Notes under the pieces: generated by a model
What the model was told of the DNA's origin: nothing
The model's input: only the letters and a program-made list of their open reading frames with translations
Database searches by the model: none
Source: a virus
Taxonomy: Duplodnaviria > Heunggongvirae > Uroviricota > Caudoviricetes
Virus record (IMG/VR): IMGVR_UViG_3300032116_012976
DNA length: 64,000 nucleotides
Reading direction: 5' to 3' (one strand)
Part shown: piece after piece, positions 50,101 through 56,731 of the stretch
How positions within the stretch are numbered: position 1 is the stretch's first letter
How the letters are laid out: every line of letters begins with the position of its first letter
Program-made: the position numbers and the translations under genes

Positions 50101-52847
50101 TGAGAGCATTCAAAACAGTAATCAAGTACGACCGTTATCAGTATCAAACATCAGTACAAACTTGGAGTTCTACTGGAATTTACCTCAACGGAACTTTGGT
50201 ACGTTATGATGATCGTGTGTGGAGTGCTGACAGTAGCGACGGAAGTTCAGCTGTGGTTGGCCCTACATTTGATCTTGAAGATTGGGTGGAAGTTGACCCG
50301 GGCACATTGAGTGGTGTAGACCGTACCATGGGCTACTATGTGTCTGGCATTAACTCGCCAGGACTTGAATTGCCTTTGTTGATTGATGGTGTTGACTACC
50401 CAGGAGTTCAAGTGTGGGGTGATTACTTCTTGGGCACAGAAATTGTTGATGCTCAATACGAAAGTGAATTTACAGACATTGAATTAGGGCTACGCAACAC
50501 AGATGTCAATGTAGACGGCGGCGAATTTATTGGGCCTTACGAAGGACATGCGCCAGAAGAATTGGTCAACGGATCAGAGTTTGATACATTGGACATAAGA
50601 GTTTATACTCGACCAGGATCTGACTGGCAAATGGACGGTCATGGATTCCAAATTGGTGTTATCAACTATGTGTACAACCCAGCAACATCTTATATTTTGA
50701 GCTGGAGCGGAGTGGTAGATCATCCAGTGCAAGTACTGGTTAGCAATCAAACGTCAGGGCGTACCATGACATTAGATGTGGATTACTACATCAATTGGGG
50801 CAACGAAACTGTAGAAATTGTTCCTAGCGAAGGATTTGCCACTGATGATGTTGTGAACATTTCAGTATATGAATTAGGTGGCGGCAACCAGTTGTATCGG
50901 GACAACTATACTGGTGCAGAAATTGGAAATTCAGTGATAATTCCAGTAGACGATGCAGAAATCTACACTGTGGCTATTTTTGTCAACGGCGAATCGTCTG
51001 CTGTCCCGTCTTGGGAACCATACTACGATGCAGATGCCTGGAACATTTTGCAAAGTTATCCAATCAACATGGTGGTTATTAATACCAGTGTTTACTACAG
51101 ATCAATACAGGCAGTACCAGAAGGCACTGATATAACTGACACAACGTATTGGGAAGTGTATGTTCCCACATTGTTGACCAAAGTAACTTTGGCCAGTACA
51201 CCCGGCGATGCTGACGGTATCGCATTGGTAGCATTTGGAATTCAAACACCAACACAATACTCATGGTCTACTCCACAAGTTCAATATCAAGTGGTTGATG
51301 CAACAGTGATCAGCACTAGTGGATTTACATTAGATAATTCTGTTGCAGGAACAAATCCTGCCAACATGATTGTAACAGTAAATGGACTGCGCTTGACTCC
51401 CCCAGCTGGCATTGAGTGGCAGGGAGACGACAGCTCAACCAGTTTTGGCCTGCCACAGAGATTGGGAAGTAGCTTTTTACAATCAACTATTAATGCCATA
51501 ACAGATATACAAGTATACAAAAACAGTGAGTTGCAAGTACAGAGCTTTGGTGCAACAGCTGGTGACTATTCTGTAACCAACTGGGACGGATCTAACACTC
51601 CAGGAAGACAAGTGGTGTTCAATGCTGCGCCAGCGGCTGGTGATACAATTTTAATTTCAGTAAGTACCCTGGCTGATTATAGTCTGGCAGGATCGTTATT
51701 GCAACTCAATACAACACCACCATTGGATAGCATAATATCAGTAACCACATTCAATGAAACCACTCAGCAAAGTATTGCCACATTAGTGTTTGTTGGACCA
51801 ATTGTTGAAGGTATTACTATTGCAGAACCCTACGACAGCACTGATTTTGATACTGGATCAGTCAGCGGATTGCCAGGATCGTTTGACTACAGCGCAGGTA
51901 CTGCTATCAGCAAAAATGATTTTTATCTAGATCGTCCAGGCATTGAAGCAGGCAGACTATGGGTAACATTAGATGGTTATCGTTTGTTTGAAGGTCAAGA
52001 TTACACTGTGGTAGACGACTACATAATTTTGGCCAGTGGTGCAATTGGCACATCTCAAATTTTAGCTGTTACAGAATTTACTGAAAGTCTAGTGCCCGAA
52101 GCATCCGCATTCCGCATATTCCAAGACATGCGTGGAGTTCAAGGAACTTACAGAATTACACCAGCAACCACAACCACGCTAACACAACCTTTGTTGGCTG
52201 CTGGCAACACAATTCATGTGGCTGATGCAAACGCATGTGCTGAACCCAATTTGCCAGAAGGTATATTTGGTATAATTACCATCGACGGTGAGCGAATCAT
52301 GTACAGAGAGCGCAATGTGGGCACACATACCTTGACAGGTCTGCGTCGCGGCACAGCAGGAACAGGTGCAGCCGACCATGAAACTGGCGCAGATGTGTAT
52401 GACATGAGCCGCGGCAATTTGTTGGCCGAGCAGTATCAAAACTATGTGGTAAGTGATACCAGTGTTGGCGATGGTTCAACAACAATATTCTATGCCCCAA
52501 GTATTGATATCAGTGACTTTGGTGATTCCAGCAGCATTTACACAGAAACTATAGAAGTATATGTTGGAGGTGTTCGTCAGTATAACTACAGCGATAGTTC
52601 TGTATCAATTGAGCCCGGGCAATATCGTTGGATTGTAACTGATTTTGAACCGCTAGCAATTGAGTTTATTACTGATTCAAACCCAATTGATCCTATGTTA
52701 GCACCTCCTCCAGGCGTGGAAATAACCATATTGCAACGCCGCGGCTTGGGCTGGTACGGAACCGGAATCAAAGTCAATGACGGTTTGGCCCTGCAAGAAA
52801 CTGACACACCGCAGGCAAGGTTCTTGACCGGGCGGAACGGAGCATAA
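38145..52847 (+). CDS. Giant multidomain baseplate/fibre protein (4900 aa; gp7-like position)
   Basis: Single uninterrupted ORF after gp6; FG-GAP-like repeats, about 10 V-x-V-(N/D)-G...DY beta-sandwich repeats, GSGY repeats, and VKPYH motif. Confidence 0.8.
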   Translation: MARVRSVDFLPQIFQTDTNKQFLAATLDQLIQEPKFKKTQGFIGRTVGPGVNPNDKYVVEPTKTRSDYQLEPGVVSLDPADTTTIKNTITYPGMLDALEFQGSPTQRPDRLFSSDYYTWDPFINFDTFVNFSQYFWLPNGPNAVDVAATGVPVTDDFEVTRANGVYTFSGISGENPTIEVVRGGSYTFQVAQNSTETVNYRVGNSGISAYTIDFLNNPTLTLARGNTYVFNLNLQGDFPFWIKTEQTLGSANPYNDGVSRNGSNFGLVTFTVPRNAPNTLYYVSGTQTNMRGTLNIVDGTPGTGPGFWIQTEPGVSGKIPTTPNISSRDVFGVTNNGEDLGTVIFNVPTKTAQSFYYNLPVFSQNVDLLTELKFEQINNQPLDTFIETYGGIDGITSLNNRTLIFTNSNTDAESGGWIRTSFFDPLEAGSANNGLIGSFDTEPFSYTAEIAPEDRYQLWQINYVVSDGITYLRLSRIATIDNLNKWTIRYGTVYSSTNWYKDAAGTFRQIPLLTALLNTLYYQDGTDPEIFGTIKLLDETESSTLFIDDILGQKNYTSPNGVSFTNGLKIVFRGDVIPASYSSGTISFVCTSTNAGFNTISTATTEDLYVGQRVVFTGTVIGGLVAGQSYYVQSIVNSFQFTVSSVVDGSAVTLTTATADMNATAINYREYYVAGVGTAIELLPVTNFVTPESYVINDNDSSLPVPEELDYFTIDRASQDLNSWTRSNRWFHIDVINATAAYNNTVATLDNNYRGKRPIIQFQPDIRLFNMGTQGKQPVDIIDQLETDAFSNIQGSTGYSVDGYTFTNGTRVIFAADEDPDVRDKIYVVEFIVPDTVPPLIAQPIINLTLASDGEVLTDQSTLCLSGDTLQGLTFWYDGAAWIEAQQKTGVQQAPLFDVYDADRVSFGNQAKYPSSDFIGSKLFSYAIGDTRILDTVLKIPLQYLSISNVGDIVFDNNLYKDTFVYTRDNVSVTVAISSGSAREYADRTAYTRLIGWQNAITTTQMYQQFKFTYNTGILKLDVPVINQTGNSVPVVKVYVGSVFQDPTKYTYVVSGNNTTITLLNTYVVGDIIEVLVLSDQISAAAFYQVPSNLQNNPLNANSTSFTLGTIRQNYESICENLPGIQGAIAGANNTRDLGNIIPYGLTILQQSAPMTLAGYFLRSEEYNIFNALTYNSREYTKFKSIMLENVTQQEINFQTTAQILDTAIEEINAGKVETQPFYWSDMLPSGAVYTENTYTVSFITSSVFDTVQVYNYTSANYLGLNVYLNDRLLTRDLEYSVATDGPRVTILVTLSVGDQIAIREYTSTYGNFVPNTPTKLGLYRAFRPRITVQQTSTGEQTVLIGHDGSVTKTFDDIRDDVLLEFETRIFNNLKLDGNPVPMVAADVIPGQFRDTGFTYSEVNNILSQDFLSWVAWNKLDYNTQDYQANNEFTWNYSEAQNKLNNDYLLGAWRGIYRYFYDTQQPEYTPWEMLGLSIKPDWWDDTYGPAPYTEGNLVLWDDMEAGYVRDPVAPYYLPKYARPGLTSVIPTGGEGALLSPFDSVVGTWDEGQFRKSWSIGDGGPVEASWWNSSSYPFAVMRLLALTQPAKFFALFADRDLYRYQEEFGQYLYDDRYRLDANGIEIYGNGVSKASYIDWIVDYNRQSGIDSTEDLTADLANLDVRLCYRMASFSDKKYIKLYTEKSSPASTNTSFLIPDESYNLLLYKNQPFDRASYSSVLVQTVPGGYAVFGYSTTQPYFSILQSQSGGQLRTITVLDTRIQVPKSYTNTVVQVPYGFIFDTKTAVVDFLLSLGQYLETQGLTFTNRANGYELDWNQMANEFLYWAAQGWSDDALIALNPLAFRLSVTKEQAVVDSIQAQTSENILLDQNRRELPTRQLNIVRIDNTFSVEPLADQTLSFIDIKYTSYEHMIVLDNASVFGDLIYDPVTGARQNRLNLVSTTSTEWNGAVDAQGFILNQDNVEEWQNYKIYSKGTIVKYKGTYWSAMAIVQPSETFDYNEWVQSDYSQIELGMLPNLANKANQLANSYDINAANLESDNDLLSYGLIGFRPRQYMAALNLDDVSQVNIYRQFLDSKGTILSAELFSQAVLGKETGDYNIYENWAVQRAVYGANANRSYFELRLNRALLDASPSLVQVILPLESSKADQTVLLENVWKESFKLTSPNILPTTTELPTDTALPSAGYVNLDDADITAFDIDDPASLEANINNINVGTSIWVAKVNDYDWNIYRAESVPGTISHVCDNLNNTSRVIFTADHGLVAGNRIIIRFFDTEVDGVYDVLSVVNLNTINIAFRFLSNRTVVNGTGLAFTLKTMRVSQASNVDTLPYANSLLFGAKVWVDDNGDGLWQVIEKQNIFSEVTSIAPEYLDATEAYGSSVSQATNRFAALVGSPRYGFPTSANPKGGVYTYVRSTSDVYQPASPVSSGDALLTLDITGARAYGTSVKFGNKDWAVAGAPLSLGSASQTNNGYACVIYRDTGSYLPDTNPYFNWQLLTTPGSVSADQGRFGYSVAMSLDERWMYVGAPDVNKVYAYGRVDWEDQYFRTVGNGSTKVYLINDYITISAATQLRVTVDGEIQTLNTDYTVNAALNTVTFVSAPVSGSDIIIRRIALQDLDGADYFSVTATGGSGSGALFTVSRRRGTVTVGVQDGGTGYTVGNTLTIPATSFGGGTVPANDITFTVGSVISGEIITISTPSYTPPALATVFSLNEYFYQVALTDSTIYSFQIEVDGVLQRPNIDYTFNTSTKDVTFLNSPASGTSILARAKDYWLYVDTLTAGGLAAGAQFGYSVSCSTDGRQVMIGAPYATADGETEAGVVYVFDRNVQKFIWNNDPSSSSFTVLGTPVAPVSVIVNNQFLTNQNSTTQDASNTFTVNGSTVTVNLASNLQSGDIVEIETNQFELLQIVTQDAVAEFSNFGQSVDLCKYNCSLYVGEPQSSIQIYKGGVVERSLNQSRVYGVITALNASPALTAGNTLRVNNMDVAVPTAPNNTVSGLAAAINAAVPNVTATVTSGLLTLSVTNFDSAPAGNKLQVAPGSIGAAFDSLGFNTFEWTQTIQSPYPVKFAGFGSSISVDDTATTLVVGAPRGTMYLITIFDDYVELFDAGATSFFTTIDQSGAVYTYDLLNSANSSITNPSKFIFGNQIAITSIDYLDQLGVSVDYTSGVLWMGAPGTDFGDSSSSNYGQAHVWQNATRSPAWAPIRIEQPVVDVRLLNSVFLYDRISSATTEFLDFFNPLQGKILGAARQNIDYIGAVDPGSYNVGPVGVRGTTWGAEHVGEIWWDISTVRFIDPNQDDIVYASRRWGQVFPGSSIDVYQWIVSSVPPANYAGPGTPYSISSYTINTVLSRDGNFNTQYFFWVRGITDVATQKNKTLSAATISQYIENPRSTGIAYLAPINSSTVALYNCETLIEAEDTILHIEFDKELTNANVHVEYELIAQGRADGFLSDNLYRKLQDSFCGVDTAGNIVPDINLGPAERYGVQFRPRQSMFVDRFAALKNYIVRANTVLKQYTISESRSFALLNSAEPELPSTTIVNGATVINWNKRIPNLEILTYNFEAPGGDAIGYKYLVVSDSDNRGLWTIYTVEENPNTGNPELVLSRVQNYRTTDYWSYIDWYRPGYNSSIKPVAEVPTYSSLATISVTTGASVKVTANAQGKFEIYLKTDLGFERVGLEDGTIAISAEIYDYALGRFGFDVEVFDAQYFDQEPVIETRKIIQAINEELFVDDLAIERNRSLTLMFDFILSEFAAPEWLVKTSLIDVDHRIRELLPFQNYSRDNQEFVIDYLQEVKPYHVQVREFNLTYFGNDLYQGDLTDFDVPAFYNTTLPVPQYTSPILLPYAHSAAQISNTLSDTESTDQIWTEWPYSQWYNNYLLSVETIVVTFNGTGYTTAPQVTIVGDAVTPAEATALINSAGQVVAINVTNPGSGYQATPAIVFSGGNGTGAQAYANMINRNSADFDAQVYNVNPAVNFDQWEIDTNSNIPLTTVRAFKTVIKYDRYQYQTSVQTWSSTGIYLNGTLVRYDDRVWSADSSDGSSAVVGPTFDLEDWVEVDPGTLSGVDRTMGYYVSGINSPGLELPLLIDGVDYPGVQVWGDYFLGTEIVDAQYESEFTDIELGLRNTDVNVDGGEFIGPYEGHAPEELVNGSEFDTLDIRVYTRPGSDWQMDGHGFQIGVINYVYNPATSYILSWSGVVDHPVQVLVSNQTSGRTMTLDVDYYINWGNETVEIVPSEGFATDDVVNISVYELGGGNQLYRDNYTGAEIGNSVIIPVDDAEIYTVAIFVNGESSAVPSWEPYYDADAWNILQSYPINMVVINTSVYYRSIQAVPEGTDITDTTYWEVYVPTLLTKVTLASTPGDADGIALVAFGIQTPTQYSWSTPQVQYQVVDATVISTSGFTLDNSVAGTNPANMIVTVNGLRLTPPAGIEWQGDDSSTSFGLPQRLGSSFLQSTINAITDIQVYKNSELQVQSFGATAGDYSVTNWDGSNTPGRQVVFNAAPAAGDTILISVSTLADYSLAGSLLQLNTTPPLDSIISVTTFNETTQQSIATLVFVGPIVEGITIAEPYDSTDFDTGSVSGLPGSFDYSAGTAISKNDFYLDRPGIEAGRLWVTLDGYRLFEGQDYTVVDDYIILASGAIGTSQILAVTEFTESLVPEASAFRIFQDMRGVQGTYRITPATTTTLTQPLLAAGNTIHVADANACAEPNLPEGIFGIITIDGERIMYRERNVGTHTLTGLRRGTAGTGAADHETGADVYDMSRGNLLAEQYQNYVVSDTSVGDGSTTIFYAPSIDISDFGDSSSIYTETIEVYVGGVRQYNYSDSSVSIEPGQYRWIVTDFEPLAIEFITDSNPIDPMLAPPPGVEITILQRRGLGWYGTGIKVNDGLALQETDTPQARFLTGRNGA

Positions 52848-52857
52848 ATAATAGACC

Positions 52858-53007
52858 ATGTCAAATACCGAAGTTAATAAACCTCAGAATCCCAAACCCG
52901 CTGATCCACAGCGCCGCCCAAATGAGCAGGGCACTATTTCTGTGCAGGCTCACATGAGGATTTTTGATCCAAAAACCCAAAAAACTTATGTGGAGGGAAG
53001 AGCATGA
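52858..53007 (+). CDS. Small unannotated protein (49 aa)
   Basis: Manual translation MSNTEVNKPQNPKPADPQRRPNEQGTISVQAHMRIFDPKTQKTYVEGRA; ATAAATA box 7 nt upstream; ATGA overlap with the next gene. Confidence 0.7.
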   Translation: MSNTEVNKPQNPKPADPQRRPNEQGTISVQAHMRIFDPKTQKTYVEGRA

Positions 53008-53609
53008 TAGTACCAGGACTGTGCAAAATTGAAGGATTTGTAAAAATACATGACCCAGTTTCGGGCGAAATTTTACTAGATAAAAAGAACGCAATTCACT
53101 ACGAAAATATATCCATTGCCATGGCCCAAACACTGAGCAATAGAGGACTGGGTAGAATATACGAAATGGCATTTGGCAACGGCGGCAGCTCTGTAGATCC
53201 CACAGGCGTGATCACTTACTTGCCCCCAAATACCACAGGACAAAACGCTGATCTTTATAACGAAACATACGCCAAGGTTGTGGACGATAATGATGCAGCA
53301 GACACTGACCCAACCAATAATAAAATGACAGTGCTACACACATCGGGCACAGTGTACACAGATATCTTGGTAACTTGTTTGCTGGACTACGGCGAACCAC
53401 CAGAACAACAGGCTTTTGATAATTCTACCAATTTCAATGGTGAATTTGTTTTTGACGAACTGGGACTCAAATCCTGGAATGGATCTGCTGACGATTTAAG
53501 ATTGATTACACATGTGATTTTTCACCCTGTGCAAAAGAGCTTGAACCGTCAAATTCAGATTGACTACACACTGCGGATACAGACGCTGAGCAACATAAAC
53601 GCTGTATAA
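53004..53609 (+). CDS. Baseplate/fibre attachment protein (tail-collar-fibre-like)
   Basis: MAFGNGG, FVFDELGL and HPVQKSLNR.I.I.YTLRI motifs; between the giant baseplate protein and fibres. Confidence 0.6.
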   Translation: MIVPGLCKIEGFVKIHDPVSGEILLDKKNAIHYENISIAMAQTLSNRGLGRIYEMAFGNGGSSVDPTGVITYLPPNTTGQNADLYNETYAKVVDDNDAADTDPTNNKMTVLHTSGTVYTDILVTCLLDYGEPPEQQAFDNSTNFNGEFVFDELGLKSWNGSADDLRLITHVIFHPVQKSLNRQIQIDYTLRIQTLSNINAV

Positions 53610-53637
53610 ATATTCGAACTAGGAACAGGTAACTGAC

Positions 53638-55419
53638 ATGGCATATACAATTACACTAACAGACGGCACAGTTTTTGCAACTATTGCTGATGGTGCAACA
53701 AACACCGCAAGCGCAATGACATTAGTGGGCAAAAACTACGCTGGATACGGTCAATTTTTGGACAATAACTTTGTTCGATTGTTGGAAAATGGATCTAACA
53801 CTTCGGCGCCCGCTGCTCCGTTGACCGGACAGTTGTGGTGGGACAAAACCAACAACTTGCTGAAAGTTTACAATGGTTCTGTATTCAAAACTATTAGTGC
53901 TGCCACTGCAAGTTCTAGTGCTCCTGCATCAAACGTCACTGGCGACTTGTGGTATGATACCACTAACCAGCAGCTGAAAGTTTGGACTGGCGCTGCATTT
54001 ATTGTGGTTGGCCCAGCATACAGTGCCAGCCAAGGAACGTCAGGTGCAATTCCTGAAACCATTACAGACTCAGTTGGTGGTACAAAATACATTACCAGTT
54101 TGTATGTAAACAACAACCGTGTGGGTATTGTGTATGATACATCAAGTTTTGTTCCTCAAGCCAGCTTGCAAGCAACATTCCCCACAGTTTATCCTGGCAT
54201 TACATTAACAGCTACTAATAGCCCAATTTTTGCTGGTACTGCAAACAATGCCAGCTACCTTAACAGCTTGACCAGTTCACAATTCATGCGCAGTGATACC
54301 AATACTTCTACCACTGGTATTTTGCGTGTGTTAAACAATTCAGGATTGTTTGTGGGTGCAACCAACGCATTCAGCGTAACACAAAGTTCAAATGATGCAC
54401 AAATCCGCGGAGACATTTCAGGCGGCAATTTGATTATTCAAGCCAACGTGGGCGGAACTATCTACAACGTTGCTAGAGCATTAGGAGGCAATGGAACATT
54501 TGCAGTGGCCAATGCTGCCACAGTTGGCACCACACTTGGCGTTACAGGCAACGTCACAGGCGGTAACGTATTAACAGGCGGATTGGTCTCAGCCACAGGC
54601 AACGTCACAGGCGGTAACGTGATTGCAACCACCTTGGTACAAGGTGTCACAGTCAGTGCCAGCGGAAACGTACAAGCTGGCAACTTGCGTACTACTGGCC
54701 TGGTGTCGGCCACTGGTAACATTGATTCAGCTGGTAACATTGCTGGCACTTTCTTCCTTGGTAACGGCAGCCAGCTCACAGGGTTGAGCGCAGCGGTTAG
54801 CGTGACCAAGATTGTTAACGGATCCACTGAAGCCAACATTGGCGCACCAGGTGGTAACGCCAACATTTCTGTAGGCGGAACAGGAAACGTAGCAGTGTTT
54901 ACAACTTCTGGTGCAATTCTTACAGGCCTAACTGTGCCTAGTATTGACAAGTCTGGCACAAACGCTGTAGGCAACATTGGGTCATCTGTGAATTATTTTA
55001 ACCGTGTGTTTGCCACAGCTACCACAGCCTTGTACGCTGACGTTGCAGAACGTTTTGAAGCAGACGAGTTACTAGAACCAGGCACTGTGGTTGAACTAGG
55101 CGGCACAAAAGAAATCACTCGAGCACGTAAAGATCTAAGCGAAAATGTGTTTGGTGTGATAAGTACTAGACCAGCTTATACCATGAACGGTGGCGCAGGC
55201 GAGGACGATACACATCCTCCAGTTGCAATGACTGGGCGTGTACCAGTTCAAGCAATTGGTGTAATACACAAAGGTGATAGATTGGTCAGCGCAGGCAACG
55301 GTGTTGCTCGTGCTGCACAAGCTGGTGAAGCCACAGCCTTCAATGTAATTGGCCGATCACTAGATAACAAACTAGACGCTGGATTGGGTACAATTGAAGC
55401 TATTGTGACAATAAAATAA
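53638..55419 (+). CDS. Tail fibre with C-terminal intramolecular-chaperone/autocleavage (peptidase G2-like) domain
   Basis: LVGKNYAGYG..N, GQLWWD/GDLWYD repeats, GNVTGGN repeats, and ALYADVAERF...PGTVV...GVIS..P...GRVPV...KGDRLV. Confidence 0.75.
   Translation: MAYTITLTDGTVFATIADGATNTASAMTLVGKNYAGYGQFLDNNFVRLLENGSNTSAPAAPLTGQLWWDKTNNLLKVYNGSVFKTISAATASSSAPASNVTGDLWYDTTNQQLKVWTGAAFIVVGPAYSASQGTSGAIPETITDSVGGTKYITSLYVNNNRVGIVYDTSSFVPQASLQATFPTVYPGITLTATNSPIFAGTANNASYLNSLTSSQFMRSDTNTSTTGILRVLNNSGLFVGATNAFSVTQSSNDAQIRGDISGGNLIIQANVGGTIYNVARALGGNGTFAVANAATVGTTLGVTGNVTGGNVLTGGLVSATGNVTGGNVIATTLVQGVTVSASGNVQAGNLRTTGLVSATGNIDSAGNIAGTFFLGNGSQLTGLSAAVSVTKIVNGSTEANIGAPGGNANISVGGTGNVAVFTTSGAILTGLTVPSIDKSGTNAVGNIGSSVNYFNRVFATATTALYADVAERFEADELLEPGTVVELGGTKEITRARKDLSENVFGVISTRPAYTMNGGAGEDDTHPPVAMTGRVPVQAIGVIHKGDRLVSAGNGVARAAQAGEATAFNVIGRSLDNKLDAGLGTIEAIVTIK
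54544..54620 (+). repeat. 26-nt perfect direct repeat, 51 nt apart (TGNVTGGNV)
   Basis: ACAGGCAACGTCACAGGCGGTAACGT at 54544 and 54595. Confidence 0.9.
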
Positions 55420-55431
55420 CGGGATACAAGA

Positions 55432-56382
55432 ATGACATATTCATCAGGCGGCTTAATTCAGGCCACAGATTACAACGGTTTTGTTAGCACCACTGCTGGC
55501 GCCAACGTTAACGCCACCTGGAACACAACATATGGGCAAACAGCAGTAGGCACAGTGAGTGCTGCTGGCACAGTAACAGCCACACAATGGGCCAGCTTGG
55601 TAAACACTATCAGCTCGCAGGCCAGCCATCAAGGCACTACAATTACTGCCAGAAGTGCTCCGACCACAGGAACTCTTGTGAGTGTGTTGGCAGCAGTAAA
55701 CACTGACCTTACCAATACCTACAACAATCGATATCAAGCTGTGGCTGTTGGCTCGCAGTTTACTGGCTGGAGTGGTACAAATTCTAAAACAGCAGCCACA
55801 TCAGGTGCTACCTGGACTATTACTTTTACTAATACTGTTACCTTTGCATCATCTGCTGCTGCTCAATATTTTTTCAATGCTGGAGGCTTGGTGAAAATTG
55901 ACGTGGCCAAATCAGCAACAGGACAAACAGGCGATCCAGAATGGAATGACTTGGCCTCAACCCTGTGCGGCGATATTTGGATTTCAGGACTGGCATCAGC
56001 TCACTCCATCGCTGGTACATCATACACTGGTGTAACCAAAATTGGCGGAACTGGTACACCAAATACATTGACCACAGGCAACGGTTGGGATGCCCTAACC
56101 GCTGGTGGAGCTGCCGTGATAGTTTACAAACAATTTGCTGACACAGCACCTTACACTGCAAACTTCATTCAGCACTCGCTTGCTAAAAATGCAGGATCAA
56201 CTGCATTGACTATCACCACGCTTTGGTCAGCATCTGACGGCGACCCAATTTCAGGCGGTACGGCTGCTTCAGGTGCAACACCTGGCACAGCGCCTTGTAC
56301 CATTGTGACCTACTATCCACCTAGCACAACATATCTAAGCGCAAGTTGGGGAACCCCTTCAGTCGCCGCAACAACAGCTTAA
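55432..56382 (+). CDS. Virion structural protein (T/A/G-rich, 316 aa)
   Basis: MTYSSGGLIQATDYN start, A.QW..LVN and FFNAGG motifs; follows the fibre gene. Confidence 0.65.
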   Translation: MTYSSGGLIQATDYNGFVSTTAGANVNATWNTTYGQTAVGTVSAAGTVTATQWASLVNTISSQASHQGTTITARSAPTTGTLVSVLAAVNTDLTNTYNNRYQAVAVGSQFTGWSGTNSKTAATSGATWTITFTNTVTFASSAAAQYFFNAGGLVKIDVAKSATGQTGDPEWNDLASTLCGDIWISGLASAHSIAGTSYTGVTKIGGTGTPNTLTTGNGWDALTAGGAAVIVYKQFADTAPYTANFIQHSLAKNAGSTALTITTLWSASDGDPISGGTAASGATPGTAPCTIVTYYPPSTTYLSASWGTPSVAATTA

Positions 56383-56386
56383 CCAA

Positions 56387-56420
56387 AAGGGTTGTAAACC
56401 CTTGCACTCTCTGTTATAAT
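56387..56420 (+). promoter_or_regulatory. Sigma70 promoter embedded in a hairpin; predicted leaderless start at 56426
   Basis: TTGTAA (56392-56397), 17-bp spacer, TG-t-TATAAT (56412-56420); inverted repeat AAGGGTT-GTA-AACCCTT at 56387-56403. Confidence 0.7.
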
Positions 56421-56425
56421 TCAAT

Positions 56426-56731
56426 ATGGATACTGAAAACTTAATTGCTCATGCACGAGCAAGATTTGATCACGCCACCGCCAAACGTATTCTCCGAGAA
56501 AAATACGAAGCACGGATGATCTTTGCGCACGACGGCGGTATGTGGCGTGCTGGCCCTGAACTCATAAACATCTTGGCCACTGTGCCTCCGGGCAATGCAG
56601 TGTTATTGGACTTGTATGAAACTCCTGTACAAGTTAGACCCGAAGAATTGCGTGGTATGGCCATGACTCGCTGGCAAGAGCAAATGAATGCTTGGCTTGC
56701 AGAACACAACAAACTTAGCAAAAAGAGATGA
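56426..56731 (+). CDS. Hypothetical protein (101 aa)
   Basis: First gene of a tightly coupled operon; VLLDLYETPV motif; no family recognised. Confidence 0.7.
   Translation: MDTENLIAHARARFDHATAKRILREKYEARMIFAHDGGMWRAGPELINILATVPPGNAVLLDLYETPVQVRPEELRGMAMTRWQEQMNAWLAEHNKLSKKR

Noticed and set aside
52861-53172. 103-aa hydrophobic minus-strand ORF
   Set aside because: Antisense to two coupled plus-strand genes that have a late box; no expression signals of its own.
54544-54620. Direct repeat as a diversity-generating retroelement TR/VR pair
   Set aside because: Only 26 nt, identical copies, no adenine-specific mismatches, and no reverse transcriptase in the window.
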